From Burkholderiales bacterium (GTDB taxonomy: Bacteria; Pseudomonadota; Gammaproteobacteria; Burkholderiales; JALYOK01): a DNA stretch of 64,000 nt. Under the pieces are notes generated by a model. The model was not told where the DNA came from. It was given only the letters and a program-made list of their open reading frames with translations, and did no database searches. The translations under genes were made by a program, and so were the position numbers. How positions within the stretch are numbered: position 1 is the first letter of the stretch; the number at the start of each line of letters is the position of its first letter. The stretch spans positions 5,222 to 69,221 of the forward strand of contig JBKJHT010000202.1 of NCBI GenBank assembly GCA_046598945.1, in the 5' to 3' direction. Shown piece after piece: positions 38,062 through 47,647 of this stretch.

Positions 38062-38859
38062 CTATTTTCCTTGAAACCGCGGCGCCCGTTTTTCCAAAAA
38101 CGCACTTCGGCCTTCCGCATAGTCCTGGCTCTTAAAGCACGCTTCGTAAAGCGCTTGAACTTTCGCCATATCGCGCTCGGCGCTCGGCCGCGAGACTTCG
38201 CGCATGGCGAATTTTGCCGCGGCCAAAGTCAAGGGTGCATTCGCCGCGATTTGCGCGCAGATCGCGGCGAACCCGGCGTCGAAATCCTGATTCGCAAAGA
38301 CTTGATTGACCACGCCGACTTCTTTCGCTTGCGTCGCGTTCAACTTGCGCGCCGAGAAAAATAGATCACAGGCATTGCTCGGGCCGATCACCTGAATCAT
38401 GCGCTCGATGCCGCCGAATTCGTAGCCCAGCCCAAGCTTACCGGCGGGCATGAGGAATACCGCGTCGTCGGAACAAAAACGCAAATCGCAGTCCAGTATC
38501 AGCGCGAGCCCGCCGCCGACGCACGCACCGCGAATCTTGGCGAGCAACGGCTTGGGAAAATCCAACAGCGCGGCGGTGGCGATTTTGAGGGTTTCATTGT
38601 ATTGGCTCAGCGCTTCACCGCTGCTGCGCTTCTCGCCGAATTGCGAAATGTCCGCACCGGCGGCGAAGTGTTCACCCTCGCCGGTGAGCACGACCAGGCG
38701 AATCGCCGGGTCGTCGGCAAACTCGCGCAATAGTTTCGAAAAATCGCGCCACATCTCGAACGAGAGTGCGTTGCGTTTGGTCGGGTTGGAGATCACGATC
38801 CAGCCGATTGCGCCTTCCTTGCGCGCGACAAGCTGGCCGATTTTTGCTAAGTCATTCAT
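38062..38859 (-). CDS. Enoyl-CoA hydratase/isomerase (crotonase) family protein
   Basis: NPTKRNALS, VVLTGEGEHFAAGADI, GACVGGGLALILDCDLR. Confidence 0.85.
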   Translation of the reverse strand: MNDLAKIGQLVARKEGAIGWIVISNPTKRNALSFEMWRDFSKLLREFADDPAIRLVVLTGEGEHFAAGADISQFGEKRSSGEALSQYNETLKIATAALLDFPKPLLAKIRGACVGGGLALILDCDLRFCSDDAVFLMPAGKLGLGYEFGGIERMIQVIGPSNACDLFFSARKLNATQAKEVGVVNQVFANQDFDAGFAAICAQIAANAPLTLAAAKFAMREVSRPSAERDMAKVQALYEACFKSQDYAEGRSAFLEKRAPRFQGK

Positions 38860-40040
38860 TGGACGATCTTGCGTTCGCGTAGTTGGACAATCTCGGCATC
38901 AGTGTAGCCCAACTCGGAAAGAATCGCGGCGCTATCTTGGCCGAGCTCCGGTGTCGCGGACGTGATTGCTGCCGGCGTGCGCGATAGCGTTACCGGCTGG
39001 CTGACAAGTTTGATGTTGCCTAATTTCGGGTGCACGACACTCGCGGCACATTGCAGATGTTGCACTTGTGGATCGGCGAACACTTCATCCATGGAATAAA
39101 TCGGGCCGCACGGCACGCCGGCCGCGTTGAGTTTGGCGACCAAGTCGGCGCTTTTATATGCAACGCTGGATTGATTGATCTCGGCATTGAGCGCGATGCG
39201 ATTGTCGGAGCGCTTGGCTTCCGCATCAAAACGCGGGTCGCTCAACATATCCTCGCGTTCAATGGCTTGGCACAGCCGTTGCCAATTGCCGTCCCCGGAC
39301 GCGGCGATGTTGATGTGTCCATCGGCGGTTTTGTAGACGGAAGTCGGCATGCTGGTGGGATGATCGTTGCCCGCTTGTTGCGGCACTTCGCCGGACATTA
39401 AATAACGCGCAGCCTGAAAATCCAGCATGGCGATTTGCGAGTGAAGCAGCGAGGTTTGCACCCATTGGCCTGCGCCGGAAGTCTCGCGCTCCAGCAGCGC
39501 GATCATAATGCCGAGCGCCGCATACAAGCCGGCGCTGGAATCGGCGACGGCGATACCAGCGCGCACCGGGCCCTGTCCCGGCAAGCCGGTAATGGCCATC
39601 AGCCCGCCCATGCCCTGGGCGATTTGATCGAAGCCGGGGCGGGTGGCGTAGGGCCCGTCCTGGCCGAAGCCGGAAATGCTGGCGAGGATGATGCGCGGGT
39701 TGATTTGTTTCAGCGATTCGTAATCGATGCAGAGGCGAAATTTCACGTCGGGCCGATAGTTTTCGACGACGATGTCGGCGGTCGCAACGAGTTTCTTGAA
39801 AATCGTAAGGCCGTCCGGGGTTTTTAAATTCAACGCAACCGAACGCTTGTTCCGATGTAGATTCTGAAAATCCCCACCGTGGCGCGGCCCGCCCATGTTT
39901 TCGTTCGGATCCACACCGGGCGGCGATTCGATTTTGATCACATCGGCGCCGAAGTCGGCGAACATGCGCACGCACGTCGGCCCCGCCCGAACGCGGGTGA
40001 GATCGAGGACGCGCAATTTCTGCAAGGCGGATGGCGACAT
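38856..40040 (-). CDS. Family III CoA-transferase (CaiB/BaiF type)
   Basis: LRVLDLTRVRAGPTCVRMFADFGADVIKIE, NLHRNKRSVALNLK; overlaps the crotonase gene by 4 nt. Confidence 0.85.
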   Translation of the reverse strand: MSPSALQKLRVLDLTRVRAGPTCVRMFADFGADVIKIESPPGVDPNENMGGPRHGGDFQNLHRNKRSVALNLKTPDGLTIFKKLVATADIVVENYRPDVKFRLCIDYESLKQINPRIILASISGFGQDGPYATRPGFDQIAQGMGGLMAITGLPGQGPVRAGIAVADSSAGLYAALGIMIALLERETSGAGQWVQTSLLHSQIAMLDFQAARYLMSGEVPQQAGNDHPTSMPTSVYKTADGHINIAASGDGNWQRLCQAIEREDMLSDPRFDAEAKRSDNRIALNAEINQSSVAYKSADLVAKLNAAGVPCGPIYSMDEVFADPQVQHLQCAASVVHPKLGNIKLVSQPVTLSRTPAAITSATPELGQDSAAILSELGYTDAEIVQLRERKIVQ

Positions 40041-40199
40041 GATGGTATCGAAGATAAGACGATCCCATTATCCCCGACTAAGGCTGCCCGTTCAATCCGA
40101 AATAATCTTACGAGGTGACGGGGGATTTCGCCGCGCTGGAAAATGACCCATGGAAAGACTTACAATACCCGTTGTCTTAATACACAAAAGAGCGCGAGC

Positions 40200-40766
40200 A
40201 TGGATCAACTCAAAGCACTTGGACTGTTTGGTTTTGTCGTTTTGCTATTGGCGTTACAAGGTTGCTCCGGCCTGACGGCGAACACGATTTCCGACGGCGC
40301 GGATAAACATCTGGCCTTAAAGGGCCACGATCCGGTCGCCTATTTCACCGACGGCAAACACATGCTCGGCGATGCGAACATCAAAATGGATCACCAAGGA
40401 GTGACCTATCGTTTTGTCAGCGAAGACCACAAAACAATGTTTGCGGCAAATCCCACCCGCTTCGCGCCGCAGTATGGCGGCTTCTGTGCCAACGGGATTG
40501 TCTATTCCATTCCCTGGGGCGGCGATCCCGATACCTGGCGCATCGTCAATGATCGCTTGTTCATCTTCGGTGGCGAGGGATCGAAACGCTATTGGTCGAT
40601 GGACGAAAAGAAGAATCTTGAGTTGGGCGATCAGTATTGGCGCGACGAAGTGAAGGGGTCAACGCCGGTCATTCAGCGCTACAAACGCCTGGTGTTGCGG
40701 GTTCCGCATTACAAATCCGGCAAGGAACTCGAGGCGCAGTGGCAAGCCAAACAAGGCAAGTCCTAA
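40200..40766 (+). CDS. YHS-domain lipoprotein
   Basis: The start is moved to ATG 40200, giving a lipobox signal (LLLALQGC). YHS-type repeats LKGHDPVAYF ... YRFVSEDHKTMFAANPTRFAPQYGGFCA. Confidence 0.7.
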   Translation: MDQLKALGLFGFVVLLLALQGCSGLTANTISDGADKHLALKGHDPVAYFTDGKHMLGDANIKMDHQGVTYRFVSEDHKTMFAANPTRFAPQYGGFCANGIVYSIPWGGDPDTWRIVNDRLFIFGGEGSKRYWSMDEKKNLELGDQYWRDEVKGSTPVIQRYKRLVLRVPHYKSGKELEAQWQAKQGKS

Positions 40767-40987
40767 TGGGATTGTTCAAGTTGCAATTCGAGGATGACGG
40801 TCAGGTTTGGCACGACGTAAAAAATCCGCAAGGCGAAGTCATAACCTTCGACGATGAAAGCCAAGCGCGCGCCAAACTCGAAGAACTTTATCCGGTGGAG
40901 GTGAAGTTAGAGCGTTATCAGTCGGGGCCAAAGCGCACTCGAGTGATTGCCATTTGGTCGGACGAGGACGAATGGCCTAAAAAATAA
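40766..40987 (+). CDS. Hypothetical 73-aa acidic protein, translationally coupled to the YHS gene
   Basis: The ATG overlaps the upstream stop (TAATG). MGLFKLQFEDDGQVWHDVKNPQGEVITFDDESQARAKLEELYP...; no family recognised. Confidence 0.45.
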   Translation: MGLFKLQFEDDGQVWHDVKNPQGEVITFDDESQARAKLEELYPVEVKLERYQSGPKRTRVIAIWSDEDEWPKK

Positions 40988-41023
40988 ACGGTGGGAAATG
41001 AAATCGCCCTACGCCAGGCGCCG

Positions 41024-41066
41024 CGCCCTGCCTGCCTCCTGGCAATGCCTATGTCGAAAGGCGCAC
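41024..41066. repeat. Short copy of dispersed intergenic repeat family
   Basis: CGCCCTGCCTGCCTCCTGGCAATGCCTATGTCGAAAGGCGCAC. Compare CATGCCTGCCTGAGAGG...CTTCTGGCAAGGCAC at 6049-6100. Confidence 0.45.
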
Positions 41067-41088
41067 CCCAATTGCCGTTCCAGGCAAT

Positions 41089-41862
41089 TCACTTAATCCA
41101 TTGTATCTCCCGCGCCGTTTGATCCCCGACTAACGTTTCCTGTAATCCGCGCGGCATGGCCGCGGTATTCGGGCTGAGCGGAATACGCCCGCCCATGATT
41201 TCCGCCCAACGTTGGGGGTAGAGTTTTTCGGCGTCCGGCTCGGCATAGCCGTGGGGATGCAGGGGCTGATTGGTGCGCGGGTCGTATTTGTCCTGGGCGC
41301 CAACAGTGTGGAGTAACTCGTGGGCGATGACGACGTTATTGCGCCCCTCGAATTTCTGGCTGGCATAGGTGTTAACCACGCCGATCATGCCCTGCTCCAA
41401 ACCGAGAGAGTTAGGCACGACGGTGTGGGTCGTCGGGTCGAACAAGCGCACGAATAGCCGGATATGCGGGTTGGTATTGCCGCTGGTATCGGCGCGATAG
41501 GCCCAGTAGCGCAACTGCAAACTCCACAGAATAATGCGTAGAACGTTGCCATCGGCTGGCGGCGTCGGCGGTTGGGTCGCGACTTCCGGCGCCAGAGTAA
41601 GGGTGATGGGCTTGCCGTAACGCATTGTTATGCCGTGGCGTTTTGCCTCTTCGTCGAGGTAATCGGCGATCGGTTCAAACGCCCCAGTGCTGAGTTGCGT
41701 AATATACGCCTGGGTTGCCGCGCTCCGATCGCCGTTGATGGGGAAAACCGCGACTCGCAAGGGATAGCGCCAATCGGCGACGCGTGCCTTGGCGCGCCAC
41801 GTGCTGAATGCGACGCTGGCAAGAATAAACAGCAGGATGAAAATGCGCAGACGTCGAAACAC
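41089..41862 (-). CDS. N-terminally membrane-anchored hypothetical protein with HExxH motif (putative zinc metallopeptidase)
   Basis: TM helix IFILLFILASVAFS. The motif VIAHELLHTVGAQDKYD contains HELLH. No family name recognised. Confidence 0.55.
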   Translation of the reverse strand: MFRRLRIFILLFILASVAFSTWRAKARVADWRYPLRVAVFPINGDRSAATQAYITQLSTGAFEPIADYLDEEAKRHGITMRYGKPITLTLAPEVATQPPTPPADGNVLRIILWSLQLRYWAYRADTSGNTNPHIRLFVRLFDPTTHTVVPNSLGLEQGMIGVVNTYASQKFEGRNNVVIAHELLHTVGAQDKYDPRTNQPLHPHGYAEPDAEKLYPQRWAEIMGGRIPLSPNTAAMPRGLQETLVGDQTAREIQWIK

Positions 41863-42076
41863 GGTGTTTGTTTATTGGGATTGCGGCCGGTAAGTTTGGA
41901 TTGTCTATGAAAAAAGGTGTTGCATCCAGGGCAGATTTTTTCACGTTGCTGTTTTTTTCAGCGTGAATGCATTGACAAGCGCTTCTCTACTCGGCATCCT
42001 CCGAGATGAGCATTGATTAGCAGAACGCGTAAGCGTTGATCTTTTGAGAGTGACTCTACCTAAGGAGGACTGAAGA

Positions 42077-42523
42077 ATGGCAACCGTAAAGAAGCCCGCT
42101 GCAAAGAAACCCGCCGCCAAGAAACCGGCTGCAAAGAAACCCGCCGCTAAACCCGTCGCCAAAAAACCCGCCGCTAAACCCGCCGCCAAAAAACCCGCGG
42201 TGAAAAAAGCAGTGCCCGCCAAAAAAACGGCCGCCGCCAAAAAACCGGCTGCGAAAAAACCCGCCGTGAAACGCACCCCGAACGCCGCCTTCATGAAGGC
42301 GATGAACGTCAGTGCGGCGCTCGGCGCCGTCATTGGCAGCGCACCCGCGCCGCGGACGGAAGTGACCAAGAAAATTTGGGCCTACATCAAGAAGAATGCA
42401 CTGCAAGACCCGGCCAACAAACGCATGATCAATGCGGACGATAAGCTGAAAGTTATCTTCGGTGGCAAGAAGCAAGTTTCGATGTTCGAGATGACCAAAT
42501 TGGTTAGCGCGCACTTAAGCTAA
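42077..42523 (+). CDS. Histone-H1-like Lys/Ala/Pro repeat tail fused to a SWIB/MDM2 domain
   Basis: The N-terminal ~75 aa are AAKKPAAKKPAAKKPAAKPVAKKPAAKP repeats. The C-terminus has a SWIB pattern (RTEVTKKIWAYIKKNALQDPANKRMINADDKLKVIFGGKKQVSMFEMTKLVSAHL). A strong SD (AAGGAGG) lies upstream. Confidence 0.8.
   Translation: MATVKKPAAKKPAAKKPAAKKPAAKPVAKKPAAKPAAKKPAVKKAVPAKKTAAAKKPAAKKPAVKRTPNAAFMKAMNVSAALGAVIGSAPAPRTEVTKKIWAYIKKNALQDPANKRMINADDKLKVIFGGKKQVSMFEMTKLVSAHLS
42089..42270 (+). repeat. Coding tandem repeats (about 12-15 nt units, AAGAAACCCGCCGCC-like) encoding the KKPAA tail
   Basis: AAGAAGCCCGCTGCA AAGAAACCCGCCGCC AAGAAACCGGCTGCA AAGAAACCCGCCGCT AAACCCGTCGCC ... read directly from the sequence. 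Confidence 0.8.
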
Positions 42524-42547
42524 CGGTCGCTCTGAGGTCTAAGAAAC

Positions 42548-42581
42548 GGCTGGGCTGAGTTTGCCCGGCCATTTTTATTTT
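42548..42581 (+). terminator. Intrinsic terminator after the SWIB gene
   Basis: GGCTGGGC-TGAGTTT-GCCCGGCC (one G-U pair) followed by ATTTTTATTTT. Confidence 0.7.
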
Positions 42582-42660
42582 ATGGGACCAGTCCCAGCCG
42601 TTGTTCTTATGGGGCCAGTCCCAGCCCTTGTGTTTATGGGGCCAGTCTTTCCAAGCGCCA
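42580..42660. repeat. 27-nt tandem repeat (about 2.7 copies) reiterating the 3' end and stop codon of pdxH
   Basis: TTATGGGACCAGTCCCAGCCGTTGTTC (42580-42606), TTATGGGGCCAGTCCCAGCCCTTGTGT (42607-42633), TTATGGGGCCAGTCTTTCC (42634-). The third copy is the real pdxH terminus (..LAP-stop on the minus strand). Confidence 0.8.
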
Positions 42661-43269
42661 AGCTTGGTTTGGGTCGTGACGATAACACAATCGATCGTGC
42701 AAACGGCTCTGGCGCCCCTGCCAAAACTCCATGGCTTCAGGAATCACCCGAAAGCCCCCCCAGTATGGCGGTAGCGGCACGTCGTCGCCAAAGCGCTCGC
42801 GGGTCGCGGCGAACTGGTGCTCCAGCCACTCCCGGCTGGCAATAACCTGGCTCTGCGGCGATGCCCAGGCGCCGATCCGGCTCAACAGCGGGCGGTTGCT
42901 GAAATAATCGGCGGATTCTTCACCCGCGACTTTTTCAACGCGACCTTCGATTCGCACTTGTCGCTCAAGTTCTACCCAGTGAAATACCAGCGCTGCCCAG
43001 GGATTGGCCGCCAGTTCTTGGCCTTTGTGGCTGTCATAATTGGTAAAGAAGGCAAAGCCGCGCGCATCTGCCGCCTTGAGGAGCACGATGCGTGCAGCGG
43101 GTCGACCGGTGCTGCCAATGGTCGCGAGGGTCATGGCCGTCGGTTCGGGGAGGTCAGCGGCGATGGCCTCATTAAGCCAACGCTCGAACTGCGCAATCGG
43201 ATCGGCGCTCACTTCTTTTTCCTCCAAAGAGGCGAGTTTGTAGTCTTTGCGTAGGTCGGCGATGGACAT
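42634..43269 (-). CDS. pdxH: Pyridoxamine 5'-phosphate oxidase
   Basis: [50 protein letters not shown]. Confidence 0.95.
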   Translation of the reverse strand: MSIADLRKDYKLASLEEKEVSADPIAQFERWLNEAIAADLPEPTAMTLATIGSTGRPAARIVLLKAADARGFAFFTNYDSHKGQELAANPWAALVFHWVELERQVRIEGRVEKVAGEESADYFSNRPLLSRIGAWASPQSQVIASREWLEHQFAATRERFGDDVPLPPYWGGFRVIPEAMEFWQGRQSRLHDRLCYRHDPNQAWRLERLAP

Positions 43270-43276
43270 GATTTTC

Positions 43277-44650
43277 CTAAAGGGAATCCAAAAATTGCAG
43301 CAACGCTTGGCGATCCTGCTTCGGCATTTTCAAAAAGGCATCGCGGGAAAAACTCGCTTCGCCAGCGTGCCACAAAATCGCTTCGGTTGTACCGCGGGCG
43401 CGGCCGTCGTGCAACAGATCGGTGTGACCATTAACGGTTTTTGCCAGGCCCAAGCCCCACAGCGGCGGCGTGCGCCATTCACTTCCCGTGGCTTCAAAGT
43501 CGGGGCGGTGATCGGCTAAGGCGTCGCCCATATCGTGCAGCAATAGATCGGTGTAAGGGCGAATCACCTGGTTGGAGATTTCGGGGATCGGCGCGTAGTC
43601 TCCGGTTGTAAGTTCCGGGACGTGGCAAACGGAACAGGCCGCCGCCTGGAATAACATGGCGCCATGCTTGACGACGGGGTCGTCGACGTTACGTCGCGCA
43701 GGAACGGCATTCGCACGCACGTAAAACAACAGCGGCGTAAACTGATTCGGCCCCAGTTCCGGCTGCGGCGCCGAGAACGCGTGGCGGCAGGATTTTTGAA
43801 TTTCGGTGCAATTTTCCCGAGGAAATAGATTGGACGTCACGCCCATATCTTCGTGGAACGCCGCCATGATTTGCTGGCTTAAATTGGGATGACTGGCTTT
43901 CAAACCGAAACGGCCGATTGCCTGACGCTTCGCCGCTATATCCCAAACGCGATTGGTTTTGCCTCGAATGCCATGGGGTTTGCTGGCGCGTTCTAGCGCT
44001 TCCAGGGTGGAATCGGGGATGGCTTCGAGTAAACCCAGGCCGATCAGGGGCTGGGTGATGCGCACGGAAACGAGTACTTCTTCACCGAGTGGGCCGTAGC
44101 CGAGCTGCTCGAAGGCGATTTTAGGGGCGCGCAGGGTGATCGTTTCGCCATCGGCGAATTGCATCGGCTGGTCCTGCCAATGAATGAATACTTCCGCCTC
44201 CCCGTGGACTTCGCCATCGACGCCCAGAGAATTTAATTGATGGCCGTAGCGAGCGTGCGGTATCGCGCCGCCGGTCGCATCTTTGCCGGGAAGGCTGACG
44301 CGTGTGATCATCGTTCGCATCGCTTCCGTGGCAGTTGCCGGCACGGCGCCACGGCCGCTGTTGACATGGCAGCCAAGGCAGGATTCCGCGTTTGATAACG
44401 GGCCGCGGCCCCACACGCCGGTCGGCAAAAACGGCATTACCCATTTTTGCGCCAGGGAGTCGAAACCATCGAGGAAATGCAGACGGCGCTTCTCATCGGG
44501 AAAGATGATGGTTTGGCGGTAGGCGCCGGCATCTTGCACGGGCGTGGTGAATAGGCCGCCGGACAGGGATTCCAGTCCCGAATCGGCCGCGAAAGCAAAG
44601 GCTGAAGCAAGCAGGGAAGCGCTCGCTATCAGTTTATTGTGACTCAGCAT
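43277..44650 (-). CDS. DUF1111-family dihaem cytochrome c protein (putative thiol oxidoreductase/peroxidase)
   Basis: Two CxxCH haem motifs (CLGCHV, CSVCHV). The start is moved to ATG 44650, which gives a signal peptide ([21 protein letters not shown]). The upstream 84 codons of the ORF track look non-coding. Confidence 0.7.
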   Translation of the reverse strand: MLSHNKLIASASLLASAFAFAADSGLESLSGGLFTTPVQDAGAYRQTIIFPDEKRRLHFLDGFDSLAQKWVMPFLPTGVWGRGPLSNAESCLGCHVNSGRGAVPATATEAMRTMITRVSLPGKDATGGAIPHARYGHQLNSLGVDGEVHGEAEVFIHWQDQPMQFADGETITLRAPKIAFEQLGYGPLGEEVLVSVRITQPLIGLGLLEAIPDSTLEALERASKPHGIRGKTNRVWDIAAKRQAIGRFGLKASHPNLSQQIMAAFHEDMGVTSNLFPRENCTEIQKSCRHAFSAPQPELGPNQFTPLLFYVRANAVPARRNVDDPVVKHGAMLFQAAACSVCHVPELTTGDYAPIPEISNQVIRPYTDLLLHDMGDALADHRPDFEATGSEWRTPPLWGLGLAKTVNGHTDLLHDGRARGTTEAILWHAGEASFSRDAFLKMPKQDRQALLQFLDSL

Positions 44651-44883
44651 AACCTTGCCTGCCAGGGCCAGATCACCTCCCTCTTTGAAGAAGGCGGATT
44701 GAGGGGGAGTTCGGGCGCCGTGAAATCCCTCCCAGCGTCCCGTTGCAAAGGGAGGAGCCAAACGCCTGATCGATCGCAGCGGTTCGCGACCGTGGATGCC
44801 TGAAACACCGCTCCAATACTGGCGCTCAGGCCATTGCCAACGAAAATATAGTTTCATAAGCCGCAAGCCTAACACCGCCACCA

Positions 44884-45894
44884 TCAGCCCGATAGCGGCC
44901 ACGCGGCGGCGAGCAACTCGTAGGAGCGCAGCCGCGATGCATAGTCGCCGGTGACGCTGATGACCATCAGTTCATCGGCCTCGAATTGTTGTTGAATCTC
45001 GCGCAGGCGAGCGCAGACTTTATCCGGCGTGCCGATCACCGAGCGGCCGCGATGCCATTGCATGCGCGCTTTTTCTTCGTCGCTGTAACTTCGAGCGAGC
45101 GCTTCCTCACGGGTCGGAATCGGTGTGTTCAGGCCGTAGTCCATTTGCAAGCGGCGCAAATCGATGCTGCTCGCTGTTGCTTCGGCTTCCGCATCAGTTT
45201 CTGCGCAGATCACGAATACCGCGACCATGGAATAAGGCTTGGCGTCCCTTGACGACGGGCGGAATTGTTCGCGATAGGCGCGCGTGACTTGGTCGCCGCC
45301 TTGGCCGTTGATGAAATGTGCAAAGGTGAATCGCAAACCTAAGTGCGCGGCTAGGGCACCGCCGAAATCCGACGAACCGAGGATCCAAACCTCGGGCGTG
45401 TGATCGTTTTTGGGCTGCACCGTGACCCGTGCAAACGGATGATTCTCCGCCACCGTGCCGTCGAGATAGCCGACCATGTCGAATACCTGCTGCGGAAAAT
45501 CATCGGCGCTGTTGTAGGCGCCACCCGACATGGCCTGTGCCGTCAAGCGATCGCCGCCCGGCGCGCGGCCGACGCCGAGGTCGATGCGATCGGGGAATAG
45601 CGCGCAGAGCATGCGAAATTGCTCGGCGATTTTGAACGGACTGTAATAGGGCAACATGATGCCGCCGGTGCCGACGCGGATCTTTTCGGTGAGGCTGGCG
45701 ATGCGCGTAAGCAAGATTTCCGGGCAGGGATCGGCAAGGCCCAGCAAACCATGGTGTTCGGCGAGCCAATAACGGTGGTAGCCCCAACGCTCCGCGACCT
45801 GCGCGAGCTCGATCGTGGCGTTGAGCGCGTCGGTCGCCGTGCGATTACTGGGGATCGGCGATTGGTCTAGGATCGAAAGGCGGGTTTGTGACAT
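44884..45894 (-). CDS. LLM-class (luciferase-like) flavin-dependent oxidoreductase
   Basis: LSILDQSPI...RYWLAEHH...GGIMLPYYSPFKIAEQF is typical of the YhbW-like group. Confidence 0.8.
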   Translation of the reverse strand: MSQTRLSILDQSPIPSNRTATDALNATIELAQVAERWGYHRYWLAEHHGLLGLADPCPEILLTRIASLTEKIRVGTGGIMLPYYSPFKIAEQFRMLCALFPDRIDLGVGRAPGGDRLTAQAMSGGAYNSADDFPQQVFDMVGYLDGTVAENHPFARVTVQPKNDHTPEVWILGSSDFGGALAAHLGLRFTFAHFINGQGGDQVTRAYREQFRPSSRDAKPYSMVAVFVICAETDAEAEATASSIDLRRLQMDYGLNTPIPTREEALARSYSDEEKARMQWHRGRSVIGTPDKVCARLREIQQQFEADELMVISVTGDYASRLRSYELLAAAWPLSG

Positions 45895-45931
45895 GTTTTA
45901 TTCGGAGGCTTTGATTAACGCGTGCGAACAG

Positions 45932-47602
45932 TTATGCCTTCTGCCCCCAAGAATCCCGCAACGTCACCGCACGATTAAACACCGGCTTACCCGCCGTGTG
46001 ATCTTTCCGATCCGCAATAAAATACCCTTGCCGCTCGAACTGGAAACGATCTTCCGGCATTGCATTCGCCAGTATGGGCTCGACAAAAGCGGTGATGGTT
46101 TTTTTTGAATCGGGATTCATGTCTAGCTTGAAATCTCGATCGCCGGCGCCGGGATGGGCTACATTAAACAGCCGATCGTACAGCCGCACTTCGGCAGGAA
46201 TCGCGTGTTTCGTCGACAGCCAGTGGATATTGCCCTTAACCTTGCGCGTCTCCGCGCCGCTCTTGGTTTGTGCGTCGTAGGTGCAATGAATGGCGACAAC
46301 GTTTCCATTCGCGTCTTTGTCGACGCCGACGCATTTCACGATGTAACCGTAGCGCAAACGCACTTCCGCGCCCGGCGCTAAGCGGAAATAGCCTTTGCTC
46401 GGCAGTTCCATGAAATCATCGCGCTCGATCCATAGTTCTTTGCCGAGCTTGACCACGCGCTTGCCGAGGTCGGGCCTTTGCGGATGGTTGGGGGCGAAGC
46501 AATCTTCCTCGCGATCCTCGGGAAAGTTATCGATAATGAGTTTGAGCGGGTCCAAAACCGCGACCGCGCGCGGCGCCCGCTCGTTCAAATCTTCGCGCAC
46601 GCAGTCTTCCAGCACGCTCATGTCGATCAACGAATCCGCCTTCGACACGCCGATGCGTTCGCAAAATAAGCGCATCGCTTCCGGCGTGAAACCGCGGCGG
46701 CGCGCGCCGACCAATGTGGGCATACGCGGATCGTCCCAGCCATCGACGAACTTGCCTTCGACCAACTCGATCAACTTGCGCTTGGACAACACCGTGTAGG
46801 TGAGGTTGAGCCGTGCGAATTCGTATTGATAGGGCCGATAGGGCACTCGGACACTTTCCACCGCCCAGTCGTAAAGGGGGCGATGATCCTCGAATTCCAG
46901 CGTGCAGATGGAATGGGTGATATGTTCTAGCGCGTCGGAAATCGCGTGGGTAAAATCGTACATCGGATAGATGCACCATTTATCGCCGGTGCGATGATGG
47001 CGAGCGTGACGAATGCGCCACAACACCGGATCGCGCAGATTAATGTTGGGTGAGGCCATGTCGATTTTCGCGCGCAGCACGTGGGCGCCGTCGGCGAATT
47101 CGCCGGCGCGCATGCGGTGGAGGAGATCCAAATTTTCCTCGACGCCGCGCTCGCGAAAAGGACTGTTTTCGCCCGCCTCCGTCAGCGTGCCGCGATGGGT
47201 TCTGATTTCATCGGCGGATAAACTGTCAACATAGGCTTTACCGTCGCGGATCAAGTGCTCGGCATATTCGTAGATTTTCTCGAAATAGTCGGAGGCGTAG
47301 TAAAGATGCGGCCCCCAATCGAAGCCCAGCCATTTCACCGAATCGAGAATGGAATCGACATACTCGGTGTCTTCTTTCACCGGATTGGTATCGTCGAAAC
47401 GCATGTGGCACTCGCCGCCGTAGTCGCGCGCCAGGCCGAAATTCAGGCAGATGGATTTGGCGTGGCCGATATGCAAATAGCCGTTCGGTTCCGGCGGAAA
47501 ACGCGTCGCGACACGCCCGGCATGCTTGCCGCTACGATTGTCGGCATCGATGATGTTGCGCAAAAAATTAGCAGCGCGGGGTTCGGCTGAGGGCGAATTC
47601 AT
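45932..47602 (-). CDS. glnS: Glutaminyl-tRNA synthetase
   Basis: HIGH motif [13 protein letters not shown] and KMSKS-type VLSKRKL; GlnRS anticodon-binding C-terminus. Start chosen at ATG 47602; an alternative start at 47629 adds 9 aa. Confidence 0.95.
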   Translation of the reverse strand: MNSPSAEPRAANFLRNIIDADNRSGKHAGRVATRFPPEPNGYLHIGHAKSICLNFGLARDYGGECHMRFDDTNPVKEDTEYVDSILDSVKWLGFDWGPHLYYASDYFEKIYEYAEHLIRDGKAYVDSLSADEIRTHRGTLTEAGENSPFRERGVEENLDLLHRMRAGEFADGAHVLRAKIDMASPNINLRDPVLWRIRHARHHRTGDKWCIYPMYDFTHAISDALEHITHSICTLEFEDHRPLYDWAVESVRVPYRPYQYEFARLNLTYTVLSKRKLIELVEGKFVDGWDDPRMPTLVGARRRGFTPEAMRLFCERIGVSKADSLIDMSVLEDCVREDLNERAPRAVAVLDPLKLIIDNFPEDREEDCFAPNHPQRPDLGKRVVKLGKELWIERDDFMELPSKGYFRLAPGAEVRLRYGYIVKCVGVDKDANGNVVAIHCTYDAQTKSGAETRKVKGNIHWLSTKHAIPAEVRLYDRLFNVAHPGAGDRDFKLDMNPDSKKTITAFVEPILANAMPEDRFQFERQGYFIADRKDHTAGKPVFNRAVTLRDSWGQKA

Positions 47603-47647
47603 GATGTGTTGCGAGGGAAAAGGACTCAATTCTACCGGATAGTGCGC

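Noticed and set aside
39259-40068. 269-aa minus-strand ORF
   Set aside because: It is an alternative frame of the CoA-transferase gene and is extremely Arg-rich. The transferase frame carries the family motifs.
41941-42514. 142-aa and 152-aa minus-strand ORFs (FFAAGFLAAG repeats)
   Set aside because: They are antisense to the KKPAA-coding tandem repeats of the SWIB gene. The plus-strand frame has an SD, a SWIB domain and a terminator.
42561-42845. 94-aa ORF with a repeated MGPVPA peptide. I also considered whether the 27-nt tandem repeat is a mini-CRISPR.
   Set aside because: The repeats are directly adjacent with no spacers, there are only ~2.7 copies, and no cas genes are present. The ORF is a by-product of the repeat and overlaps pdxH antisense.
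44651-44902. 84-codon N-terminal extension of the DUF1111 ORF
   Set aside because: The internal ATG at 44650 yields a proper signal peptide. The upstream part overlaps hairpin-forming GC-rich sequence and the end of the LLM gene.
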